Shown piece by piece: positions 16,878-24,765 of a stretch of DNA of 32,000 nucleotides; within the stretch, counting starts at the first letter, position 1, and every line of letters starts with the position of its first letter. The notes beneath the pieces were generated by a model. The model had not been told where the DNA came from. It searched no databases and was given only the letters and a program-made list of their open reading frames with translations. Source of the stretch: Geobacter metallireducens GS-15 (lineage in GTDB: Bacteria; Desulfobacterota; Desulfuromonadia; Geobacterales; Geobacteraceae); contig NC_007517.1 in assembly GCF_000012925.1 (NCBI RefSeq), forward strand, positions 2,400,001 to 2,432,000, written 5' to 3'. The translations under genes and the position numbers were made by a program.

Positions 16878-17738
16878 TTAAAAATTCAGCAGTCTGGCGG
16901 CATTCCCTCCCAGAATCTTTTCTACCCCCTCTGCCGGCAGCGGGAGAGCGCCGATGGCATCCATGTTGCGCTTTATCTGGGATGCCCCCGGCCAGTCGCT
17001 GCCGAAAATGACCTTGTCCGTGTTGCGCGCCAGTTCCGGAAAATAGGTCATCAGCTTCGAGGGTGGAAGCCCTGAAACCTCCATGTAGAGATTGGAATGG
17101 AGCTTCGACAGGAAAAAGGCCCGGTCGTACCAGAATCCCCGCCCCGAATGGGCCATGACCAGGTTCAGTGACGGGAAATCATTGGCCACGTCATCCAGAT
17201 GGATCGGATCGCAGTATTTGATCCGGGTCCCCTTAAAGACCGAGGAGCCGGTGTGGATGAGCACCGGAATCCCCAGCTCCTGGGCAGCCTGGTAGAGGGG
17301 GTAGACCCTCGGGTCATTGAGGTAGTAATGCTGGTAGGAGGGATAGAGCTTGAGGCCGCGGAACCCTTCCGTTTCCACCAGGCGGCGGAGCTCGCCCCCC
17401 AGGTCGGTGGTGAGATGGGGATTGATGCTGCAGAAGGGAATCAGCCTCTTTCTCCCCTTACAGAAGGCCTCCACCTGCTCGTTGGAGCAGATGCCGGTGG
17501 TTATCGGGCACAACTCCGCCAGGACGCAGGCGTAATCGACCCCTTCGGCGGCCAGCAGCTCCTCGAAGGCGCCGGGGTCGCTGTAGCGCTCTATGTACGC
17601 ATCGTATTCCCCGGGGTCGGGCTGGGACTGCTTGATCCACTCCGTCACCCAGGGCTTGTGGTCGGCATACACGCCGAGGTGGACGTGGAAATCGATGCGC
17701 AGCCCCCGCGAACTTCCGTCTCGCATTTCATGAGCCAT
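16878..17738 (-). CDS. amidohydrolase_2 (TIM-barrel metal-dependent hydrolase/decarboxylase) family protein
   Basis: N-terminal IDFHVHLG metal-binding HxH. Later conserved His (VLIHTG, MAHSG) and Asp (FGSDWP). The stop lies 16 nt upstream of the kinase start. Confidence 0.8.
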   Translation of the reverse strand: MAHEMRDGSSRGLRIDFHVHLGVYADHKPWVTEWIKQSQPDPGEYDAYIERYSDPGAFEELLAAEGVDYACVLAELCPITTGICSNEQVEAFCKGRKRLIPFCSINPHLTTDLGGELRRLVETEGFRGLKLYPSYQHYYLNDPRVYPLYQAAQELGIPVLIHTGSSVFKGTRIKYCDPIHLDDVANDFPSLNLVMAHSGRGFWYDRAFFLSKLHSNLYMEVSGLPPSKLMTYFPELARNTDKVIFGSDWPGASQIKRNMDAIGALPLPAEGVEKILGGNAARLLNF

Positions 17739-17788
17739 GGTGTCTTCCTCTCTTCTTCCGGTCTCCTCTCCAGCAGACAGGCAACATG

Positions 17789-17813
17789 CCCCTCCCCCGC
17801 ACAGGGGGAGGGG
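17789..17813 (-). other. perfect 10-bp GC stem-loop (CCCCTCCCCC-GCACA-GGGGGAGGGG)
   Basis: Lies 54 nt after the porin stop and 51 nt before the amidohydrolase start. No U-run follows on the - strand, so it may be a weak terminator or an RNA stability/processing element. Confidence 0.5.
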
Positions 17814-17824
17814 ACTGATTACAA

Positions 17825-17863
17825 CTGTTGCAACAGCTCAAACACTGTAACACTGTTTTATCA
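17825..17863. promoter_or_regulatory. cluster of repeats: 12-bp palindrome CTGTTGCAACAG, then tandem AACACTGT AACACTGT extending to AACACTGTTTTATCA
   Basis: Palindrome at 17825-17836. Perfect tandem 8-mers at 17841-17848 and 17849-17856. The second copy plus its flank matches 10668-10681. Confidence 0.5.
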
Positions 17864-17867
17864 TTTA

Positions 17868-19211
17868 CTAGAAGAAGTAATAGGCGGCGAAGCGCCCGAT
17901 GTTGGCGGTACCGGAGGTCGCCAGGCCCGCCAGGTTGCCGGTGCCGTTGGTGACGTTGCCGTACTGGGTGTTGATGTTCTGGTATTCGACGGCAAACCGG
18001 AGCGCAGCATTCAGATCGTAGGTAACGTTGGCATAGATGGCCGAGTTGGATTTCTCGAAGTTATCGATGCCTCTGTAGCTTGCGTAGTTATAGGCGTTCC
18101 GCCGGGCATAACCGGCCGTAATCCCCAGGTCCTGAGTCGGGTAGAAAATAAGCTGGCTGTATATGCCGTACCCCTTGGCGGGCTTCTTGTCGCCGGCAGC
18201 TCCAACCACGGTTCCCGCCGTAGCGCCAATGGTATACATGTTGGCGGCCATGTAGGCCTGCCCCTCAAAGGAGGCGGTCATGGCGCGGTTTTTACCATCC
18301 TTTGACGGCAGGAGCGGCACGAAGGTATAGAAGCCGTATCCCCAGCTATCCACCGAATCTTTGTTACCGGCAACGTCCTGGTTGCCGTAGAGGCCGAAGA
18401 AGCCCGCTGTCAGCGAATTCATGGACATGCCGTAGTAGCCCGGCGCAACCCCGAGAACCTTGCTGATGAGCATTGCCTGGCCGGCCACGTTGACCTTGGC
18501 CCCCCATGAGTCACCGCTTGCCCCTTGGAGATTGGAATCCTGAACCGGATTCTGCACCCCGAGGACCAGCCGCAGGGCATTCTTGTCATTGAGGTTCAGC
18601 CGATGGGTTACCCTGATCTGGGGCACCCGCGGGTTGTTCGGGGCGCCGGTCATGGCCGCCTGGCCGAAATCGACGGTGGAGGCGGTGGCCGGACCGAAGA
18701 TGTCATAAGCCTGCCCCAGCACCAGTTGGGTATTGGCCCAGTCCAGCGAGGCATTGGCGAGGCGGAGCCGCATGGTGGCGGTCTCGTTGGAAGCGCCGCC
18801 CCCGCCGTAGAAGTCCGTTTCGATGATGGCATTGGTCTTGGCGCCAAGGAAGGTGGGGCCGCCAACCTTCAGCCAGATCCGGGACTGCCGGGCGGTGAAG
18901 ATGGACTGATCCTCCTGGCCGGCGGGGGAACTACTCTTGGGGATGCCCCTCTGAAGCGTGCCCAGGGCGCCGTTGGACCCCAGGTTGACCGAGTTGTACG
19001 CGTAATCGAGCTTGACGTAGCCGCCGATGCTCAGGTTGAATTTGCTGGTGACCGGCGAGGCCATCTTGCCGTAGATGCCGGGGGCCACTTCACAGTTTGG
19101 CTGAAAATCACAGTTGTAGACCGGCGCGACGGTCTGGGGCAACTCTTCGGCCATGGCCGGAGCGGCCAGAAGCAAAGCAGAGATTCCAACCGTAAGTCCC
19201 TTGTTCTTCAT
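17868..19211 (-). CDS. outer-membrane porin (beta-barrel)
   Basis: ORF 17868..19268. The ATG at 19211 follows GGAGGAAAC. Sec signal MKNKGLTVGISALLLAAPAMA. Alternating beta-strand pattern rich in Y/G/N. Terminal aromatic signature ...AAYYFF. Confidence 0.8.
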   Translation of the reverse strand: MKNKGLTVGISALLLAAPAMAEELPQTVAPVYNCDFQPNCEVAPGIYGKMASPVTSKFNLSIGGYVKLDYAYNSVNLGSNGALGTLQRGIPKSSSPAGQEDQSIFTARQSRIWLKVGGPTFLGAKTNAIIETDFYGGGGASNETATMRLRLANASLDWANTQLVLGQAYDIFGPATASTVDFGQAAMTGAPNNPRVPQIRVTHRLNLNDKNALRLVLGVQNPVQDSNLQGASGDSWGAKVNVAGQAMLISKVLGVAPGYYGMSMNSLTAGFFGLYGNQDVAGNKDSVDSWGYGFYTFVPLLPSKDGKNRAMTASFEGQAYMAANMYTIGATAGTVVGAAGDKKPAKGYGIYSQLIFYPTQDLGITAGYARRNAYNYASYRGIDNFEKSNSAIYANVTYDLNAALRFAVEYQNINTQYGNVTNGTGNLAGLATSGTANIGRFAAYYFF

Positions 19212-19307
19212 GTTTCCTCCACAAAAAGAGATGATCTGCAAACCTTCACTTTCCCGTTGCACTCCCATGACACATGCGACTTCTGCGCTTGCTCCCTGCT
19301 CCCCCTT

Positions 19308-20207
19308 TCAGTAATCGCTTCCCACCAGATCGGACGTCCTGGCCCCCTCCCCTTCGCGGACGATCCCGTAGGCGCCGTTGGGACCCACAAAACCGGTGAC
19401 CTCAAGGGTCCCGACCTTGCTTCCCGGGTCAAACCCCAGCCCTTTGATCCCCTTGCCGCCACGGTAGATCCGCAACCGTTGACCGATTACGACGCCGCTT
19501 TCCCTCCCGGCGTTGATGTAGACCTTCTCCCCTTCCACCGCCGCAATGCCGCAGAGCCACGGGATATGCCGCGCAACGCCGCGGACCTTATCGGCAACGG
19601 CATCGAGGGACGCGGCACTCTCTCCTTGGCTTGAGACAGGAACCTCGATCCGGCGCAGGAGGATTCCCCCCATGCCGTCATACATCTCCGCCACGAGGAG
19701 GCTCCCGCCCCCTTCTCCCTTGAGGGAGCCGATGAACACGACTGCATTGAACTCCCGGTTCCGGTTGAGGCTCTGGACGTAGGCACCGCGCTCCTCCACG
19801 GATGCGGGCACGGAAAGGGCTCCCTCCGGCCGCGGCTCGCCGACAAGGGCAAAGCCGGCTCCTCTCAGCTTCTCGCCGAGCCCCGCCGCCAGCTCATTTC
19901 CCCCCGCCTGCACAACGGCGATGCGCAACCGGGGCGAGACCGCTGCTGCAACCTGGGAAGCCGGGGCGGGAGCCCCCTTCCCGACCACCTCCTCGTACCC
20001 CTTTTTCACCAGTTGGCTGCCGCGGGGAATGCCGCTCTCCACGTACCGCCGGGGAACCCACATGGTGGGCGAGGCGTTGGGGGACATGGTGTAGGCCGGG
20101 TTGTCCACCTCAACGTACTCTTCCGACGGTCCGGTGGCGGTCCGGGGACCGGCGCAGGCCGTGACGGTAAGCAGGGCCAACAAGGCTACATACCTGAGAG
20201 TTCCCAT
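19308..20207 (-). CDS. lipoprotein of unknown function
   Basis: ORF 19308..20249. The ATG at 20207 lies 6 nt after AAGGAG. Lipobox LLTVTAC. I recognise no catalytic motifs. Confidence 0.7.
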   Translation of the reverse strand: MGTLRYVALLALLTVTACAGPRTATGPSEEYVEVDNPAYTMSPNASPTMWVPRRYVESGIPRGSQLVKKGYEEVVGKGAPAPASQVAAAVSPRLRIAVVQAGGNELAAGLGEKLRGAGFALVGEPRPEGALSVPASVEERGAYVQSLNRNREFNAVVFIGSLKGEGGGSLLVAEMYDGMGGILLRRIEVPVSSQGESAASLDAVADKVRGVARHIPWLCGIAAVEGEKVYINAGRESGVVIGQRLRIYRGGKGIKGLGFDPGSKVGTLEVTGFVGPNGAYGIVREGEGARTSDLVGSDY

Positions 20208-20330
20208 TCGATGCTCCTTTCTCGATGACAGCTGTTTGCAGCAATTCATAATCCGCCAACTTAAAACCCTGTTCTATTGTTTTTAAAAGATACTAATAAA
20301 CCCATTCACTGTGCTCAGTGGATGGGGATA

Positions 20331-20364
20331 TGAAAAAACCGGGGCAGGCATGGCGTCCTGCCCC
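20331..20364 (-). terminator. rho-independent terminator after the hydratase gene
   Basis: On the - strand: GGGGCAGG-ACGCCATG-CCTGCCCC (8-bp stem), followed by GGTTTTTTCA. Confidence 0.75.
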
Positions 20365-20425
20365 TTGAATCACCAGTAAAAGGAGTTACTACGTGGTACG
20401 TCCTGTTGCGACTCTATACAAGAAC

Positions 20426-21196
20426 TCAGCGGTCTTGCCAGGCGGCGGGCCGCTTGCCGAGGAAAGCGTTCAGCCCTTCCACGGCGTCATGGGTTGCCAT
20501 CAGCTCTTCCAGGTACAGCTTTTCTACTGCGGCTATTTTCGTCTTGGTCCGCTCGAGGACGCCGATGCGCGCCGCGCGCACGGCAAACCGAAGCGAACTG
20601 GCGCTGAGCCCTGCAAGGTGCTCATCGAAGTAGGCAACCGCGGCCTGCTCGGGATCTTCGGCCACCGCAGTGACCAGGCCGATCCGGAAGCCTTCTTCCG
20701 CCGTGATACTGCGCCCCGAGAAGAGGAGATCCTCGGAAGCGGTCTTGCCGATCCTCTCCGGCAGCAGGCAGGAGGCCGCCGGGGCGAAGACGCCGATCTT
20801 GATCTCCGGCTGCCCGAGCATTGCTCCCGGTGCGGCGAAAATCAGGTTACCTGCGGCGACCACTTCAAGGCCACCGCCGAGGCACTGGCCCCGCACCGCA
20901 ACCAGGACCGGCACCGGAGATTCCAGCATCTGAATCACCAGGGCATGCAGGGATTGCAGCATGGCGGCGCAGGATTCGGGCATGTGTTCCTCAACGCTGG
21001 CGCCAAAGCTGAAATGGGGGCCTTCCGCATCGAGCAGCACGGCCCGAAGCTTTGCACTGGGGAGATGCTCCGTTAACGCTGCCTGCAGCGCCGCGATCAT
21101 GGCGGCGTCCACGATGTTCGCCTTGGGACGTGCCAGACGCAGACGGAGCAGCGCGCCGTCTTTTTCAAGCCATACCTTGAGAGGGCTCTCGCTCAT
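20426..21196 (-). CDS. bamR: enoyl-CoA hydratase/isomerase (crotonase) family; cyclohexa-1,5-diene-1-carbonyl-CoA hydratase-like
   Basis: 256-aa crotonase fold (ARPKANIVD, FSFGASVEEH, GQCLGGGLE). Adjacent to a Had-type dehydrogenase, as in known benzoyl-CoA lower-pathway clusters. AGGAGG RBS. Confidence 0.75.
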   Translation of the reverse strand: MSESPLKVWLEKDGALLRLRLARPKANIVDAAMIAALQAALTEHLPSAKLRAVLLDAEGPHFSFGASVEEHMPESCAAMLQSLHALVIQMLESPVPVLVAVRGQCLGGGLEVVAAGNLIFAAPGAMLGQPEIKIGVFAPAASCLLPERIGKTASEDLLFSGRSITAEEGFRIGLVTAVAEDPEQAAVAYFDEHLAGLSASSLRFAVRAARIGVLERTKTKIAAVEKLYLEELMATHDAVEGLNAFLGKRPAAWQDR

Positions 21197-21235
21197 GATT
21201 CTCTTTCCTCCTAAAATCAGGCTGATTATTGTTCA

Positions 21236-21255
21236 GCGGGGCATTGCTGCCCCGC
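21236..21255 (-). other. intercistronic stem-loop GCGGGGCA-TTGC-TGCCCCGC
   Basis: Perfect 8-bp stem in the 79-nt gap between the dehydrogenase and hydratase genes. No U-run follows. Confidence 0.4.
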
Positions 21256-21275
21256 CGGTCATTTTCGGCAACAAA

Positions 21276-22349
21276 TTACTTGCCGGGAACCAGAATGGCC
21301 CGCCGGGTCAGCTTGTGGGCATGGGCTGCTTCAAAGATCTCGTTGATCTTCTCCAGGGGGTGCTTCTCGATGAACGGCGCCAGCGCGATCTTCTTCTCCA
21401 GAACCAGGTCCAGCGCTGCCGGATACAGCTCGGTCAGGCAGCCCCAGTTGCCCAGAGCCCGGGCATGGAAGGCCATGAGGTTGGAGAGGCGCAGTTCGAT
21501 CTTGTCCATGGTGAAGCCTACTACCGACAGGGTGGCGCCGAAGGTCAGGAGACCGAAGGCGGTATCCTGGCCCGGGACAGTCCCGGAGCATTCAAAGATC
21601 TTCCAGCAGGTTTGCGGCAGCCCTTTTTCCTTCACGAAGGTCTGGATCGCTTTCTTCAGATCTTTCCCCTGCACCTGCCGCGAATTGATGGTAAGGCCCG
21701 CGCCATACTTGGCCATGTTGTCCAGCTTGGCCTGGTCCACATCGATGGCGACGACCGTGGCGCCCATGGCGTTGGCGATCTGCACGGCATAGCTCCCTAC
21801 CCCGCCGATGCCGATGACGATGGCCAAGTCCCCTTTCTGAACTTCTGCCTGGACAACGGCCTGGTAGGGAGTGGTGACGGCGTCGGCGACCACGGAGATG
21901 TCCGCCAGTTCAAAGCCTGCCGCAGCGAGTTTCTTTTCATCGACGGGACAGAGTCCCCGGGCGGGCACCTTGATATGGGTGGCAAAGCCCCCCTGGATGT
22001 CGTTGCCCGGCATCTGCTGCGTGCGGCAAATGGTGCCGTGGCCCGAAAGGCAGAGGTCACAGACTCCGCAGGGAATGACCGCGGGAATCAGCACCGCCTT
22101 CCCTTGCCAGGCCTCCGCCCCCTTGCCCGTGGCAACCACCCGGCCGCTGATTTCGTGGCCGAGGGTCAACGGCAGGCCATGGTTGACGCGCACGCCATCG
22201 TAATAGAAGCCCAGGTCGGTATGGCATACCCCGCATCCGGCAACCTCAACCACCACTTCATTGTCAGACGGCGGAGCCGCGTCGAAATCCGCCTTCACCA
22301 TGGGCTCGCCCACGGCAGTCATTGTCCAGCGATGCGGTGCAGTGCTCAT
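21276..22349 (-). CDS. bamQ: zinc-dependent alcohol dehydrogenase family; 6-hydroxycyclohex-1-ene-1-carbonyl-CoA dehydrogenase-like
   Basis: [15 protein letters not shown] catalytic-Zn motif. Structural Zn Cys cluster ([15 protein letters not shown]). Rossmann [11 protein letters not shown]. Adjacent to the dienoyl-CoA hydratase-like gene. Confidence 0.75.
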   Translation of the reverse strand: MSTAPHRWTMTAVGEPMVKADFDAAPPSDNEVVVEVAGCGVCHTDLGFYYDGVRVNHGLPLTLGHEISGRVVATGKGAEAWQGKAVLIPAVIPCGVCDLCLSGHGTICRTQQMPGNDIQGGFATHIKVPARGLCPVDEKKLAAAGFELADISVVADAVTTPYQAVVQAEVQKGDLAIVIGIGGVGSYAVQIANAMGATVVAIDVDQAKLDNMAKYGAGLTINSRQVQGKDLKKAIQTFVKEKGLPQTCWKIFECSGTVPGQDTAFGLLTFGATLSVVGFTMDKIELRLSNLMAFHARALGNWGCLTELYPAALDLVLEKKIALAPFIEKHPLEKINEIFEAAHAHKLTRRAILVPGK

Positions 22350-22402
22350 TGATCCTTCCTCCCTATTCCGTTTGTTCTTAAAAAGTGCATGTTAATCGAC
22401 AG

Positions 22403-22427
22403 GTTGCAACATAACCATTTTTGCAAC
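22403..22427. promoter_or_regulatory. GTTGCAAC palindrome plus a second TTGCAAC copy 17 nt downstream, upstream of the dehydrogenase gene
   Basis: GTTGCAAC at 22403-22410 and TTGCAAC at 22421-22427, 54-78 nt upstream of the start at 22349. The same 8-bp palindrome is the core of the element at 17827-17834. Confidence 0.35.
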
Positions 22428-22499
22428 TTGGTACTTTTTTACCTATTTCGAAACAAGCTTACCCACTGCAAACATCTCTTCGCTTAAACCTGCTGCAGT

Positions 22500-22540
22500 G
22501 GCGCTGCTTGCCGCGCCCCCGATCGGGCGGGGCAAGCGCC
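22500..22540 (-). other. long GC-rich imperfect stem-loop just after the etfA stop
   Basis: About 15 bp of pairing with a 3-nt bulge, one mismatch and a 6-nt loop. No U-run follows on the - strand. Confidence 0.4.
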
Positions 22541-22547
22541 ACCCCTG

Positions 22548-23456
22548 CTACTGAAACTTTGCCGTCAATGCCGGCACGAACTGCAGCACATCGGCAACGA
22601 CCAGGACGTCTGCCACCTCGCCGATGGGCGCATCCTTATCCTTGTTGATGGCCACGATGAAATCAGACTTCTTCATCCCGGCGAGGTGCTGGATCGCACC
22701 ACTTATGCCGCACGCCATATAGAGTTTAGGGCTGACCGTCTGCCCCGTGGTCCCCACCTGGTGGCTATGCTCGACCCACCCGGCATCCACCACCGGACGG
22801 CTTGCCCCCAACTCGCCACCCATGGCCTTGGCAAGGGCGGCGATGACCGGCACGTTTTCCTTTTTCCCAACACCCCGGCCAGCGCTGACGATGATCTCGG
22901 CCCGGGTAAGATCCACATCCTTCTTCTCCGCCGGCTCATAGCCGACAAATTCCAGCACCGAAGCGCCATCGGCCTCGATCCTCTCCAGTTGCGGAGTCCC
23001 GGAAGCGGCAGCCGCACTGAAAGCCCCGGCCTGAATGGTAAGAACGGCCTTTCCCGACTTCGGGGTCACGGTGCGCCTGAGCTTGGCATTGCAGACGCCC
23101 ACTTCAAATTTGCCATCGACGATGTCAACGATCTCGGAAATCTGGGCTGCCTTCAGGTTTGCGGCGACGCGGGGCGCAAGGTCCCAGCCGTAGGAGGAAT
23201 GGACGAAGACGACGTAGTCGGGGTTTTCCCGCTCAATCGCCGCCAGGACGATCTTCTTGTGGACATCCGGGTTGTACTCGCCATATTTGCCGGCATCGGC
23301 CAGGTAGACCGTGCCGTTGACCTTGGGAGCCTCAGCCTCGCTCCCGATCAGGACCATCGCTTTCTCGGCCCCCAGCTTCTCGGCAAAGGCAACCAGTTCA
23401 TAGCTTGTTTCGAGGAGCTTTCCTTCACGGTATTCGCATACAAGTAGCGCTTTCAT
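22548..23456 (-). CDS. etfA: electron transfer flavoprotein alpha subunit
   Basis: 302 aa. The C-terminal FAD-binding region SRPVVDAGW......[29 protein letters not shown] is diagnostic. Confidence 0.9.
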   Translation of the reverse strand: MKALLVCEYREGKLLETSYELVAFAEKLGAEKAMVLIGSEAEAPKVNGTVYLADAGKYGEYNPDVHKKIVLAAIERENPDYVVFVHSSYGWDLAPRVAANLKAAQISEIVDIVDGKFEVGVCNAKLRRTVTPKSGKAVLTIQAGAFSAAAASGTPQLERIEADGASVLEFVGYEPAEKKDVDLTRAEIIVSAGRGVGKKENVPVIAALAKAMGGELGASRPVVDAGWVEHSHQVGTTGQTVSPKLYMACGISGAIQHLAGMKKSDFIVAINKDKDAPIGEVADVLVVADVLQFVPALTAKFQ

Positions 23457-23465
23457 GCTTACCCC

Positions 23466-24242
23466 CTATCTCACTACTGCCGTTTTTTCTTTGAGGATGC
23501 CGAGGAGCTTGTCTGCCATTTCGTTCAGGTCCCCTTCCAGAACGATGCCGCCCCCTTTCCTGGCCGGGGGATAAACGCTGGCCGTGGCAGCCAGGGCCTC
23601 TTCCTTCAGGACGTCCACCCCCGGAATGGCCGCGATCTCCTTCTTCTTCGCCTTCATGATATTGGGAAGGGTCGGATAGCGAGGAACGTTGAGCCCCAGT
23701 TGGCAGGTGACCAGCGCCGGCGTCTTAAGCTTCACCACCCCCTTAAGGCCCCCTTCGAGCTCCCGCTTGGCGGTGACAACCCCGTCGGCAAAGGAGAAGC
23801 CGACCAAGGTGGTGGCACAGGAGTAGCCGAGTTGCTCGGCAACCGCCACCCCCACCTGGGCCGAGCCCCGGTCCTGGGACTGCATGCCGGTGAAAATCAG
23901 ATCAAAGCCCTTGTCCTTTGCGTAGGTGGCGATGATCGAGGCGATCTGCCAGGGATCCTTGAGGGAGACGGCCGGATCCTGGACATGCACGCCCCGGTCA
24001 CACCCCATGGCGAGAGCCTTTTTGAGTGCCTCCACCACCCTGTCGGGGCCGATCGAGAGCACGGTCACATCGGCGGCATCCCCCAACTGCTCCCTAAGCT
24101 GCACGGCCTGCTCGACGGCATACTCGTCGTACTCATTCATCCTGAAGGCCAGATCTGCTTCGTCATACCAGTTCCCCGAGCTGTTGGCCTTGAACCTCGA
24201 CTCCATGTCCGGAACCTGCTTGATACATACGAGTACTTTCAT
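23466..24242 (-). CDS. etfB: electron transfer flavoprotein beta subunit
   Basis: ORF 23466..24254 begins at a GTG. The ATG at 24242 follows GGAGG and gives MKVLVCIKQVPD, the canonical EtfB start. It ends 9 nt before etfA. Confidence 0.9.
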   Translation of the reverse strand: MKVLVCIKQVPDMESRFKANSSGNWYDEADLAFRMNEYDEYAVEQAVQLREQLGDAADVTVLSIGPDRVVEALKKALAMGCDRGVHVQDPAVSLKDPWQIASIIATYAKDKGFDLIFTGMQSQDRGSAQVGVAVAEQLGYSCATTLVGFSFADGVVTAKRELEGGLKGVVKLKTPALVTCQLGLNVPRYPTLPNIMKAKKKEIAAIPGVDVLKEEALAATASVYPPARKGGGIVLEGDLNEMADKLLGILKEKTAVVR

Positions 24243-24765
24243 AGAAACCTCCACGATCTTTACCCTTGTTCGATAACTTCAGCCCCGTTACTCCAACGCT
24301 ATCCGGTTCAACGGCGTCCCGCGAACCGTCTAATCTCTAATTTGGTATAAAAGTACTATTTTACTTTTTAACTGTCAAGCAAAAATTATTCAGGGTAAAT
24401 CGTTCGCAGAGATACCTCACCCCGGGTTGTCAATCACAGGTCCGGAAAAGCAATCAACAATAAAAACGGGAACTTGTCCCCCACGGGTGATTTTCCGGGG
24501 CGAAGCAAGCTCCCTCATTGATTGGCAGGATGGTTATAATCGGATCGTTTATTTCTATTTTGTCACATTATCCACCACTGGCTCCCGGAAGGGGCGGGGC
24601 TCTCGCGGAGAAGCGATCCCCGCAAAAAACCACCGCCGGCATGAACGGAGGGAAGGCCTCGGGAATAGCGGCTCACGTGCCACGAAGACCGACCAGTGAC
24701 GCTGGATCGCTTCGGAGCGAGAGTTTCGCCCCTTCCGTCGCCATGCGATGGCAAACGAATGATTT

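Noticed and set aside
24437-24446. AGGTCCGGAA, reminiscent of the conserved SRP (4.5S) RNA loop region.
   Set aside because: The flanks do not form the long symmetric helix or the rest of the GGAAGCAGCC motif expected for SRP RNA.
24594-24629. Stable hairpin GCGGGG...CCCCGC followed by AAAAAA, which looks like a possible terminator.
   Set aside because: The A-run follows the stem on the + strand, and on the - strand the T-run precedes the stem. The element therefore fits an intrinsic terminator in neither orientation.
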